The position numbers and the translations under genes are program-made. A model generated the notes under the pieces. The model made no database searches. It was not told the DNA's origin and was given only the letters and a program-made list of their open reading frames with translations. A DNA stretch of 64,000 bases from an uncultured Actinomycetes bacterium (GTDB lineage Bacteria; Actinomycetota; Thermoleophilia; UBA2241), in contig CAVWIH010000020.1 in assembly GCA_963755025.1 (NCBI GenBank), positions 1 through 64,000 of the forward strand. The letters are read 5' to 3'. Below are positions 52,165 to 63,675 of the stretch, piece after piece (within the stretch, counting starts at the first letter, position 1; the number at the start of each line of letters is the position of its first letter).

Positions 52165-53940
52165 GTGGCCGACGCAGCCGGCGCCTCAGGCGCCGCGGCC
52201 GGCGCCGCCGACCCGGCCGACGGCCGGCTGATCGCCGGGCGCTACCGCGTGGTGCGCCGCCTGGGCGGCGGCGGCATGGCCGAGGTCTTCCTGGCGCGCG
52301 ACACCACTCTGGACCGCCTGGTGGCGGTCAAGGTCCTGCGCGAGCGCTTCGCCGACGACCAGGAGTTCGTGACGCGCTTTCACCGCGAGGCGCGCGCCGC
52401 CGCGGCCCTGAACCACCCCAACGTGGTCGCCATCCACGACCGCGGCGGCGCGGCGGGATCTTCGTACATCGTGATGGAGTACGTGGCGGGCGAGACGCTG
52501 AAGGAGCGCATCCGGCGCGAAGGCCGGCTTTCGCCGGCCGCGGCGCGCGCCGTCGAGTGCGACCTGCTGGCCGCCCTGCAGGCGGCCCACGACCGCGGCA
52601 TCGTGCACCGCGACGTGACCGCCCAGAACGTGCTGCTCGCCGACGACGGCCGCGTGAAGGTGGCCGACTTCGGCATCGCGCACTTCGGCTCGTCGGCGCT
52701 CACCTCGACGGGCGTCGTCATGGGCACCTCGCGCTACCTCTCGCCGGAGCAGGCCCGCGGCGAGCCCACCGACGAACGCTCCGACGTGTATTCGGCGGGC
52801 GTCGTGCTGTTCGAGATGCTGACCGGCCGCCTGCCCTTCGAGGGCGACAACGACCTGGCCATCGCCCTGCGCCACGCCAGCGAACCGGCTCCGGCGCCGA
52901 GCTCCCTCGAGCCCGGGTTGCCGCCGCAGCTCGACGCCGTCGTGGCTCGCACGCTGCGCAAAGACCCCGCTGAGCGTTTTCAGACGGCCCAGGAGCTCGC
53001 CGCCGCGCTGAACGCCCTCGATCTGAGCGGCGCCCTCGATGCACCCCTGCCGCCCGCGACCATGCCCGTGGCCGGCGCTACAGCTGCGACCCGGCCCGTC
53101 GCGGGCGCGGCGGGTGAGACCGCCGCGACGAGGATGGTCGCCTCCCCAGCCGTCACCCGCGTCGCTCCCGCCGCCGCGGGCGCGGCGGCCGAGACGGCGG
53201 TCACTCGCGTGGTCGCGCCCGACGGGCGCGCGCGCCGGGCTTCGCGCAGGCGACGCCGCCTGTGGGCGGCGGTCGGTGTCGTCGTCGTGATCGCGGCCGC
53301 GCTCGCGGGCTTCTTCGTCTACCGCGCCTGGGCCGCCCGCCCCGTCGCGATGCCCTACGTGGTGGGCATGACGCAGGCGCACGCGACCGGCTCCCTGCGT
53401 GCCAAAGGGTTTGCGGTGCACACCGCCGGCGGTTACTCGGACGCCTATGCGCCGGGCGTCGTCATGGCGCAGCGCCCCGTGCCGGGCTCGTCGCTCAAGA
53501 AGGGCCAGCGGATCCGCCTCGTCGTAAGCCGCGGCCTGCTGCACCCGGCGGTGGTGAGCGTCGTCGGCGAGACCTCGGCCGCCGCGGCCGCCGCCTTGAG
53601 CGCCCAGAGCTTCGTGCCCACGCAGCTGTCGCAGCACTCGACCAGCGTGCCCAAGGGCAAGGTCATCCGGCAGAGCCCGGTGGCGGGCACCGCGACCCTG
53701 CGCGGCAGCGCCGTGAGCTACTGGGTGAGCAGCGGCCCGCCCAAGGTCCCCGTGCCCTACGTGGTCGGCGTCTCCGAGGGCAACGCCACCGATGCGCTCA
53801 AGACGGCCGGCTTTGCCGTGCAGGTCAAGAACACCTTCGGCCTGGGCGCGTTCCCGGGCAACGTCACCAAGCAGGCCCCCGCCGCCGGCGCCCTGCTGGC
53901 GCGCGGCGCCAAAGTGACGATCTGGGTGGCCGTCTTTTAG
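52165..53940 (+). CDS. Ser/Thr protein kinase with TM and three PASTA domains (PknB-like)
   Basis: LGGGGMAEV, VAVK, HRDVTAQN, DFGIA, YLSPEQ, three PASTA repeats. Confidence 0.93.
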   Translation: MADAAGASGAAAGAADPADGRLIAGRYRVVRRLGGGGMAEVFLARDTTLDRLVAVKVLRERFADDQEFVTRFHREARAAAALNHPNVVAIHDRGGAAGSSYIVMEYVAGETLKERIRREGRLSPAAARAVECDLLAALQAAHDRGIVHRDVTAQNVLLADDGRVKVADFGIAHFGSSALTSTGVVMGTSRYLSPEQARGEPTDERSDVYSAGVVLFEMLTGRLPFEGDNDLAIALRHASEPAPAPSSLEPGLPPQLDAVVARTLRKDPAERFQTAQELAAALNALDLSGALDAPLPPATMPVAGATAATRPVAGAAGETAATRMVASPAVTRVAPAAAGAAAETAVTRVVAPDGRARRASRRRRRLWAAVGVVVVIAAALAGFFVYRAWAARPVAMPYVVGMTQAHATGSLRAKGFAVHTAGGYSDAYAPGVVMAQRPVPGSSLKKGQRIRLVVSRGLLHPAVVSVVGETSAAAAAALSAQSFVPTQLSQHSTSVPKGKVIRQSPVAGTATLRGSAVSYWVSSGPPKVPVPYVVGVSEGNATDALKTAGFAVQVKNTFGLGAFPGNVTKQAPAAGALLARGAKVTIWVAVF

Positions 53941-54229
53941 GCGAGTTCGTCCCCGCCCGCCATTCCCGCAGCTTGGAGTGTTGTGAGCGGAGCAGAGTCG
54001 GCAAGCCCCCGAAGCCACGCCCGCCGTGGTCGCGCATCCGGCGCAGTGGGTGCGCGGCGCAGCCGCGCACGACGCCCGCCGCCGTCCGGCGCCGCCCCGT
54101 CCCGCCCCGTCCCGCGCCGCGCGGCCCCAAGCCCGGCTCAGGCGGGAAGGTGAGGCGGGGGTGGCGGCGGAGGGGGCACTTCCGAGCGTGAGCCCTACCC
54201 CGCGGCGAGAGCCGCGGGGTGCCCCGCTT

Positions 54230-54289
54230 CTGGTTCGCGAGGCGTGTCCCCGAGCCGCCGCCCCCGCCGAGCCGCCCCGCCGCAGCCGG
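54230..54289 (+). repeat. Dispersed intergenic repeat, copy 3 (degenerate)
   Basis: CTGGTTCGCGAGGCGTGTCCCCGAGC...CCCGCCGCAGCCGG. Confidence 0.65.
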
Positions 54290-54349
54290 GCCGAAGGCCT
54301 CGGCTGCACGCGGTACGGCGGCTGAAGGAGCGGCGTGGAACGGAGAGCG

Positions 54350-54968
54350 TCAGTCGCTCTCGGCCAACAGCCCGTAGATGCGCTTGCGCGCCTCGGCGAG
54401 GATCTCGAGGGTCTTGTCGATCTGCTCCTGCGAGCCTGCCATGCCGATCTGCTTGACGGCCGCCAGGAGCTGCATCGTGGCGCCGCGCAGCTTGAAGCGC
54501 GAGCCCGCGGGGCCGGTCTCGGAGGTCGCCCAGGGCGAGCCCTGGCTGGTGATGGCCTCGGCTTCGACCTTGCCTTCGTCGGTCAGCGAGAACACACGCC
54601 GGCCGTCGACCTCTTCGCTTCTCACGAGGCCCTGGTCCTCGAGCAGCTGCAACGTGGGGTAGATGGAGCCCGGGCTGGGCTTCCACATACCGCCGCTGCG
54701 CGACTCGAGCTGCTGCATGACCTCGTAGCCGTGCATGGGCTGCTCGGCCAGGACGGCGAGGATGGCCGCCTTGACGTTGCCGCGACGGCGCGCGGCCGTG
54801 CGGGCCAAAGCCGTGCGGTCCGCAGTGACGGCCGTGGGGGCCGTGGCCGCGGTGCGGGCCTTCTCCTTCTCCTTCTTCGTGGAACCGGCGCTCGGACGAG
54901 TGGCCGTAGGACCAGCGCCCGGCGCCTTCGCTCGGGCCGAAGCCCGATCGGGGATCCTGGAATGACAT
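54350..54968 (-). CDS. PadR family regulator with His/Gly-rich N-terminus; frame break near 54790
   Basis: RRGNVKAAILAVLAE.PMHGYE, WKPSPGSIYPTLQLLEDQGL; GGAGG RBS before ATG 54968. Confidence 0.88.
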
Positions 54969-55001
54969 GTGTGCCTCCGTTGTGTGTCGTTACCGCTGTT
55001 A

Positions 55002-55037
55002 CGCGATATATCGTGACACATCTTTTCACGATGTCAA
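55002..55037 (-). promoter_or_regulatory. padR promoter (TTGACA-N16-CACGAT) overlapped by palindrome CGATATATCG (probable autoregulatory operator)
   Basis: Palindrome 55004-55013; -35 at 55032-55037. Confidence 0.65.
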
Positions 55038-55156
55038 GCAAAGCAAACCTGAGGGCGCCGCGGAGGGCGTCGGGGCGCGGCTGGACGAAGGTCGGAGGCG
55101 TGCGGCGCGCAGGGGCCGCGGGAGCGGCAGTCGGAAGAGGCGGCGGGCGCGGTGCG

Positions 55157-55921
55157 CTACCGTGCGACGACCGCCACCTCGCCCAGGTCTTTAACGACCA
55201 CGTCGGCGCCATGGTCTTTGAGCGCCTGGGCGTGGTCGGAACGATCGACGCCGATGACGAGCCCAAAGCCGCCGCGCCGGCCGGCTTCGACGCCGGCCTC
55301 GGCGTCTTCGACCACCACGGCCTGGGGCGGCGCGACGCCCAGGCGGCGCGCCGCCTCGACGAACACTGCCGGGTCGGGCTTGCCCGGCAGGCCGAGCTGC
55401 TCGGCCACGGTGCCGTCGACCTGCGCGGCGAAGAGGTCGGCGACCCCGGCCGCCGCGAGTATGGCGCTCGCGTTCTTGCTGGCCGAGATGATAGCCGTGC
55501 CGACTCCCGCCTTCTGCAGGGCGTGGATGAGGTCGACCGTGGTGGGAAACGGCTTGACGCCCTCGCGCTCGACGACGCGCACGAAGTAGTCGTTCTTGCG
55601 GTTGCCCAGCCCGCAGACTGTTTCGGCGTCGGGCGGGTCGGCGGGGCCGCCCCACGGCAGCGTGACGCCGCGCGAGGCCAGAAAGTCGCGCACGCCGTCG
55701 TAGCGCGCCTTGCCGTCGACGTACTGCAGGTAGTCGCTCTCGGGGTCGAAGGGCCGGAACGGCTCGCCGCTCGCCGCCGCGCGCTCCTCGAGGAAGGCGT
55801 CGAACAGCGCCTTCCAGGCGGCGGCGTGCACGGTGGCGGTCTGGGTGACGACGCCGTCCATGTCGAACACGACGGCGTCGTAGCGCGCCGCCTCGATGGT
55901 CACCTGGGACTGAGTGGACAG
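55157..55921 (-). CDS. HAD hydrolase, beta-phosphoglucomutase family (start CTG 55921 or GTG 55903)
   Basis: FDMDGV, HAAAWK, VDGK.RYDG, GKPDP, VVEDAEAGV. Confidence 0.9.
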   Translation of the reverse strand: MSTQSQVTIEAARYDAVVFDMDGVVTQTATVHAAAWKALFDAFLEERAAASGEPFRPFDPESDYLQYVDGKARYDGVRDFLASRGVTLPWGGPADPPDAETVCGLGNRKNDYFVRVVEREGVKPFPTTVDLIHALQKAGVGTAIISASKNASAILAAAGVADLFAAQVDGTVAEQLGLPGKPDPAVFVEAARRLGVAPPQAVVVEDAEAGVEAGRRGGFGLVIGVDRSDHAQALKDHGADVVVKDLGEVAVVAR

Positions 55922-56055
55922 AGCAGCCTCCTGAAGGGTCGTTGAGCCCGTAGTCTTGCCGGTTCGGGGCTCGGCGAAAACCAACGGCTTAAGCGGGCGT
56001 CACCCCGGTCCATCCTCTGGCAGAAGGTCCCTGACGACAAGGGAAGGGAGGCACC

Positions 56056-56544
56056 ATGGAAGCAGGCAGTCACCTCATGCAGGCGCCGCCACCGCCGCCG
56101 GCCGAGCGCCTGGCCGAACGGCTGGCCGAGAAGATCGGCTCGTCGGCGCGGGCCACGGCCGTGTTCGGCGAGGCCGTGGAGCGCGACGGCATCACCGTGA
56201 TCCCCGTCGCCAAAGCGCGCTGGGGCTTCGGCGGCGGCGACGGCGGGCAGGGCGGCGTCCGTCGCCCGGGTCGCGCCAGGCGCGGCGGCGACGGTCGGGC
56301 GGCCGAAGCCCAGGCGGCTCAGGAGCGCGGTGAGGGCGGTTCGTTCGAGGGCCGCGACGCGGCGGGATGGGGCGGCGGTGGTGGCGGCGGCGTGCAGATC
56401 GCGCCGGTGGGGTTCATCGAGGTGACCTCCGACGGCGCGCGCTTTCGGCGCATCGTCGACCAGAGCGCCGTCATCGCCCTGGGGGCGATGGCGCTGGTCG
56501 CCGCCGGCATGGTGTGGCGCATAGCGGCGCGCCTGGAGCGCTAG
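56056..56544 (+). CDS. GerW/YtfJ family protein
   Basis: VFGEAVERDGITVIPVA..GFGGG, GGGGG...PVGFIEV. Confidence 0.8.
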   Translation: MEAGSHLMQAPPPPPAERLAERLAEKIGSSARATAVFGEAVERDGITVIPVAKARWGFGGGDGGQGGVRRPGRARRGGDGRAAEAQAAQERGEGGSFEGRDAAGWGGGGGGGVQIAPVGFIEVTSDGARFRRIVDQSAVIALGAMALVAAGMVWRIAARLER

Positions 56545-56855
56545 CCGCCGCAGGCAACGGGCGCCGGGCACACAACTGCGGCGTCGATTGCCTCGTCGGG
56601 CCACAACACACTCGCCGGTGCCTGCATGTCCGTTCCGCTTTCGTCTAGCGTACGACGTACAGCCGCAGCCACAGGTGACCCTGCGAGCGGCGCGCATCGA
56701 TGTCGCGCCGCTCCATGCTAGAACTCGCGGGGGGCACTACGTCGCCCGTGGCGCGGGCGACGCCGCACGAGCGCGACGGGCGGACTGTCGTTGCGCATGG
56801 CGTGGGCGGGCGACGCGCTGCGCGGGGCGGCCCCGCTCGTCTTACAGGGCTCGGT

Positions 56856-57107
56856 CTACAGGGCTCGGTCGAGGAACCAGCGACGCCGGGTGCGGTCGAG
56901 GTAGAGGTCGAAGACCTGGCCGTCGGCGACGACGCGCAGGTAGCGGCGGTCGACGCGTGCGTCGTCGCTCCACCAGCCGGTGTCGATAGACCAGCGCTGC
57001 AGCACGCGCTCGACCCGGTAGCGGTGCTGGCGCCACACGAAGGCCCCGGGTGCGTGGGCCAGCGGGCGCCAGTCGACGGTGATGAGGGCGGGCAGATCTT
57101 GAGCCAT
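56856..57107 (-). CDS. DUF6504-like small protein (resembles the ImuB C-terminal domain)
   Basis: P.AFVWR...Y.V..V..RW....GWW.....R.Y.RV......FDLY.D....W.L; own LexA box. Confidence 0.8.
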   Translation of the reverse strand: MAQDLPALITVDWRPLAHAPGAFVWRQHRYRVERVLQRWSIDTGWWSDDARVDRRYLRVVADGQVFDLYLDRTRRRWFLDRAL

Positions 57108-57158
57108 GCGGTGCTTCTCTCGCGACCTAAAGCCCGGCGCGCAGCCGGACGGGCACGC

Positions 57159-57187
57159 AGCGTAGAACGAACATACGTTCGTGTCAA
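57159..57187 (-). promoter_or_regulatory. SigA promoter TTGACA-N17-TACGCT with LexA box CGAAC-GTAT-GTTCG as spacer (DUF6504 gene)
   Basis: Perfect SOS box at 57168-57181. Confidence 0.9.
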
Positions 57188-57192
57188 GAGGT

Positions 57193-57272
57193 CGCGTCGT
57201 TCGCGCATCGGGTCGTTCGCGCATCGCGTCGTTCGCGCACCGCGTCGTTCGCGCACCGCGTCGTGCGCGCAC
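57193..57272. repeat. Tandem repeat, 16-bp unit CGCGTCGTTCGCGCA(T/C) x5
   Basis: Directly visible next to the -35 element. Confidence 0.9.
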
Positions 57273-57310
57273 CGCGTGCGGAGGCCTCGGAGCAGGCCCG
57301 ACGCGCGGCG

Positions 57311-59248
57311 TCAGTCGACAGGCAGCGCGCTCTGGCCGGCCGGCGCGGGATCGCCGGCCGCGGGGCCGGCTGCGGTGGCCGTGCCCGCGCAGAGCGGCAG
57401 GCGCAGGACCAGCTCGGCGGCGGCGGCCCTGCGCAGCTCGGCGGGTCCTTCGGGGGTCGGCAGCTTGACCACGTTGACCGCTTCGCGGTGGTGGCGCAGC
57501 CAGCTCGACACCAGCAGGATCTCGTCGATGGTGTCGACGGGCAGCGGCGGCGCCGGAGGCGTCGCCGCGTACAAGGCCTCGATGAGCTCGAGGGCGGCCT
57601 CGAGTGAGAGGTCGCCGGGGCGCACCGACCGTTCGTCGATGACGCTGCCGCCGGCGACGCTGTAGATCGTCACGCGGCCGGCCTGGCGCGCCGGGTAGAC
57701 CAGCAGAGCCCAGGTGCGGCAGGCGTTGTGCAGCTTGCCGACTGTGCGCAGCGCCTGGTCGAGCGTCTCGCGCCACGACTGCAGGCGCGCGGCCTGCTCG
57801 AAGGCGAGCTCGGCGATGAGCGCGCTCTGGCGGCCCTCGAGCTCGCGATCGAGCTCGCGGCCGTTGCCGTTCAGCACCTGGCTGACCTTGGCGACGACCT
57901 CGTGGTACTCACCGTTCATGGCGCCCTGGCAGGGCGCCAGGCAGGCGCCGATGTCGAGCCGCAGGCAGGCGTGCTCGCCGTCGGTCTCGGCGCTGCGCAG
58001 GCGCACGCAGGTGCGCAGCGGGTAGACCGCGTTCAGCAGGTCGACCAGGCGGCGCGCAAAGCTCGCCCGGCGGAACGGGCCGGCGTAGAGGGCGCCGTCG
58101 TCGCGCCTGTTGGGCGTGGCGTAGAGGCGTGGGAACTGCTCGGTGGTGAGCTTGATGTAGTGGTAGCTCGCCACGCGCGTGCCGTGCTGGTTGTACGGCG
58201 GGCGGTGCTTGGCGATGAGCCGCGACTCGAGCAGCAGGGCGGCGAACTCAGAACCCGTCTCGAGCACGTCGAAGCGGTCGAGCAGCTCGAGCGCCTGACG
58301 GGCGCCGTAGGCCTGGCGCTGCAGAAAGTGGTCGCGCGCCCGGCGGCGCAGGTTCTCGGCCTTGCCGATGTAGAGCTCGTGGCCGCGGGCGTCGCGCATG
58401 ATGTAGACCCCGGGGCGCGTGGGCAGGCCCTCGGTGAGCACGATCTTGTGGTAGTTGCGCCGCGCTCCCGGCTCGCAGAGGCGCACGACCTCTTCGAGGG
58501 TGGTCACGCCCTGCTCCTGCACGCGGGCCAGCAGCAGCAGCAGGATCTCGGCCGTGGCGAGCGCGTCGTCGAGCGCCCGGTGGCTGGGCTTGACGGCCGT
58601 GTCGAAGCGCTCGGCGAGGGCCGCCAGCGAGCAGCGCTGCGGCGTGAGCAGGCGGCGCGCGAGGCGCAGCGTGTCGAGCGTGGGCCGCGGGAACGTGCGG
58701 CTCATGAGCATGCTCAGCTCGTAGTCGAGAAAGCCCAGGTCGAAGCGCGCGTTGTGGGCCACGAGCACGGAGTCGGCCGAGAACTCGAGGAACCGCGGCA
58801 GGACCTCTTCGATCGGCGGGCAGCCGACCAGCATGGCGGGGCTGATGCCGGTGATCTCGGTGATCTTGGCGGGGATCGGCTGGCGGGGGTCGACGAGCTG
58901 CGAGAAGGTCGCGACCTGCACGCCGCCCTCGACCCGCACGGCGCCGATCTCGGTGATCTTGGTGAAGCCCGGCGTGCCGCCCGTGGTCTCGAGGTCGACG
59001 ACCGTGAAGGCGACGCTCGCCAGATCGCGGCGTTGCGCGCGCCATTGCTCGAGACCCACGTGGAACGGCCCGTCCCACACGACGCGCTCATCGTCGCGCA
59101 CGATGTCGGAGACGAGCGTGCGCATGAGCTCGGGCGGGCAGTTGGCCACCGGGAACAGCCGGGGCCAGACCTCGCGGTAATCAAGCGGTTCGCCGGCCTG
59201 CTCGAGAAGAGCGACCAGCTCGTCGACGGTCGTGAAGGCTAATTGCAC
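57311..59248 (-). CDS. DEDDh (DnaQ-like) exonuclease fused to GIY-YIG/UVR (UvrC/Cho-like) domains
   Basis: VVDLETTG, VAHNARFD, HRALDDA, PGVYIM..LYIGKAENLRRR, PPYN, FEQAARL. Confidence 0.9.
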   Translation of the reverse strand: MQLAFTTVDELVALLEQAGEPLDYREVWPRLFPVANCPPELMRTLVSDIVRDDERVVWDGPFHVGLEQWRAQRRDLASVAFTVVDLETTGGTPGFTKITEIGAVRVEGGVQVATFSQLVDPRQPIPAKITEITGISPAMLVGCPPIEEVLPRFLEFSADSVLVAHNARFDLGFLDYELSMLMSRTFPRPTLDTLRLARRLLTPQRCSLAALAERFDTAVKPSHRALDDALATAEILLLLLARVQEQGVTTLEEVVRLCEPGARRNYHKIVLTEGLPTRPGVYIMRDARGHELYIGKAENLRRRARDHFLQRQAYGARQALELLDRFDVLETGSEFAALLLESRLIAKHRPPYNQHGTRVASYHYIKLTTEQFPRLYATPNRRDDGALYAGPFRRASFARRLVDLLNAVYPLRTCVRLRSAETDGEHACLRLDIGACLAPCQGAMNGEYHEVVAKVSQVLNGNGRELDRELEGRQSALIAELAFEQAARLQSWRETLDQALRTVGKLHNACRTWALLVYPARQAGRVTIYSVAGGSVIDERSVRPGDLSLEAALELIEALYAATPPAPPLPVDTIDEILLVSSWLRHHREAVNVVKLPTPEGPAELRRAAAAELVLRLPLCAGTATAAGPAAGDPAPAGQSALPVD

Positions 59249-59579
59249 CGACCTATCGTAGCGCGTCTCGAGCGCAATACCAGCCGGCAACGTCCACCTC
59301 AGGGGGCCGCCATGGTGAGCCGCGCCGGGCGGGCGGCCCCTGTCCGTCCGTATCCCGGCCGTGCTTGACTTGGCTCGGGCGACGCCGCGCTTGCGGCGTC
59401 GCGCCGGAGTGCTTCGCGGCACATGTCACTAGGTTGGCAGGGGGTGGGCGGAGGGGCCGCGGGGCACGCGCCGCACTCGTTTGTGGCGCCGGCGGGGCGG
59501 GCAAGCAAGCGCTCGTGGCAAACGGCAACGGCAGCGGGTCGCGCGCCCCGGCGGCGCCCGCGCAGAAAGGGGCGTCCGC

Positions 59580-60434
59580 ATGGGCACGCAGCGCACGCTC
59601 GCCGGCCGCACCGTCATGGTCACGGGCGCGACCGACGGCATCGGCAAAGAGACGGCGCGCGAGCTCGCGCGCCGCGGCGCCCGGCTGCTGCTGCACGGCC
59701 GCGACCCGCGCCGCGCCGCCGCCGCCCGGCGCGACATCTGCGCGACCACCGGCAACGACGACGTGCAGGTGGTGCTCGCCGACTTCACCTCGCTCGCCCA
59801 GGTGCGGGCGCTCGCGGCTCAGGTGCGCGCGCTCACCGACAGGCTGCACGTGCTGGTCGACAACGCCGGCGTCTACCAGGAGCGCCGCCATCTCACCGAA
59901 GACGGCCTCGAGACCACCTTCCAGGTCAACTACCTGGCGCCGTTCCTGCTCACCAACCTGCTGCTCGAGCCGCTGCTCGCCGCGGCGCCGGCGCGCGTGG
60001 TCGTGGTGAGCTCGGCCGTGCACCAGCGCGCCCAGATCGACTTGAACGACCTGCAAGGCGCGCGGCGCTACGACGGCTACTCGGCCTACGGCCTCTCCAA
60101 GCTCGCCGACCTGCTGTTCACCTACGAGCTCGCCGAGCGCCTGAGCGGCACCGGCGTCACCGTCAACGCGCTGCACCCCGGCGCGGTGTCCACCAAGCTG
60201 CTGCACGCCGGCTTTCGCGCGTCGGGCGGCGCCACGCCCGCCCAAGGCGCCCGCACCGCCGTCTACCTGGCCGCCTCGCCCGACGTCGAGGGCGTCACGG
60301 GCGGCTACTTCATCGACGAGCGCCGCACCACCTCGTCGCCGGCCAGCTACAGTCGCGAACTGCGGGCCGCGTTCTGGAAGCTCAGCGAGCGCCTCACGCT
60401 CACCCGCGACGAGCCGGTGAGCGCCACTGGCTGA
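59580..60434 (+). CDS. SDR oxidoreductase (retinol dehydrogenase-like)
   Basis: TGATDGIG, NAG, YGLSK, LHPG. Confidence 0.92.
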   Translation: MGTQRTLAGRTVMVTGATDGIGKETARELARRGARLLLHGRDPRRAAAARRDICATTGNDDVQVVLADFTSLAQVRALAAQVRALTDRLHVLVDNAGVYQERRHLTEDGLETTFQVNYLAPFLLTNLLLEPLLAAAPARVVVVSSAVHQRAQIDLNDLQGARRYDGYSAYGLSKLADLLFTYELAERLSGTGVTVNALHPGAVSTKLLHAGFRASGGATPAQGARTAVYLAASPDVEGVTGGYFIDERRTTSSPASYSRELRAAFWKLSERLTLTRDEPVSATG

Positions 60435-60486
60435 GCCGTCGTTGCCGTCCTATACACTTCGGTAGCCGCCCGGCGCGCCGCCGGCC

Positions 60487-60512
60487 GTTAGGCTCGCGGC
60501 GGGCGCGGGTAG
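60487..60512 (+). promoter_or_regulatory. SigB/SigF-type promoter GTTA-N16-GGGTAG for hsp20-lon
   Basis: Same spacing as the 28259-28284 element. Confidence 0.5.
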
Positions 60513-60566
60513 ATGTGAACCGCGCCGGAGTTCCCGGCCGCATCGCCGTGCCGAAGGAGTCGTTTC

Positions 60567-60994
60567 GTGGACCGAGACAAGTTGCACCGTGAAGTGCTGC
60601 GCACGTTCGACAACGCCTGTATCAGTCGCAGCGCGCAGTACTCGAGCAGGGCCGGTTTCGTCCCGCTCTCCGACGTCTATTTCGAAGAGAAGTCCAACGA
60701 GCTCGTGGTGCGCTTCGAGCTGCCGGGACTGACGCGCGAGGACATCCAGCTCGAAGTCGAGCCCCGCAAGGTGGTCGTACACGGCCGCCGTACCTTCCTG
60801 GGCGGCGAGCACCGCGTCTACCAGCAGGTCGAAATGGACTACGGCGACTTCGAGCGCCAGATCCGCCTGGCGGTCGACGTCGACGTCGACACCACGCAGG
60901 CCACCTACGAAGCCGGCGTGCTCGAAGTGCGCCTGCCGCTGGTCGCTCACGATCCCCGCAAGCAGCGCATCGAGATCAAGATAGGCGGTGAGTC

Positions 60995-60998
<4 letters not shown>
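60567..60998 (+). CDS. Hsp20/alpha-crystallin small heat-shock protein
   Basis: DVY, ELPG, E..YG.FER.I.L, ATYEAGVLEV.LP. Confidence 0.9.
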
Positions 60999-63433
<2,435 letters not shown>

Positions 63434-63447
63434 CGCACGCAGGTGCG

Positions 63448-63487
63448 GCGGGGCGGCCGGCCCGAAAGGGCCGGCCGCCCCGTTTTT
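63448..63487 (+). terminator. Intrinsic terminator after lon
   Basis: 15-16-bp GC stem, GAAA loop, T tract. Confidence 0.85.
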
Positions 63488-63675
63488 GTCTGCGTCGCGC
63501 CCGCCCGCCTCGCGGCCGTTCTCGCCGCCCCGGGCGCTCGTCCTGCGTCACGCCCCGCGGTCCGGATGAGGCCCTGTTACGAATCGCGCCGAACGGTAAC
63601 CCTTGGGAGTATGGGGTCGCATGTAGGTTCCCCTGCAAAAACCGGCAATCCCCTCAGACATCTGGAGGTGTCTAG

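Noticed and set aside
56056-56544. GerW/YtfJ as evidence of sporulation
   Set aside because: The family is widespread in non-sporulating bacteria and archaea.
56545-56855. Short ORFs of 23-31 codons between the gerW-like and DUF6504 genes
   Set aside because: No convincing RBS, promoter or recognisable motif.
59249-59295. LexA or PafBC-type site upstream of the DEDD/GIY-YIG gene
   Set aside because: Only a -10 (TACGAT, suggesting a leaderless start) is visible; no GAAC-N4-GTTC or TGTCG-type motif.
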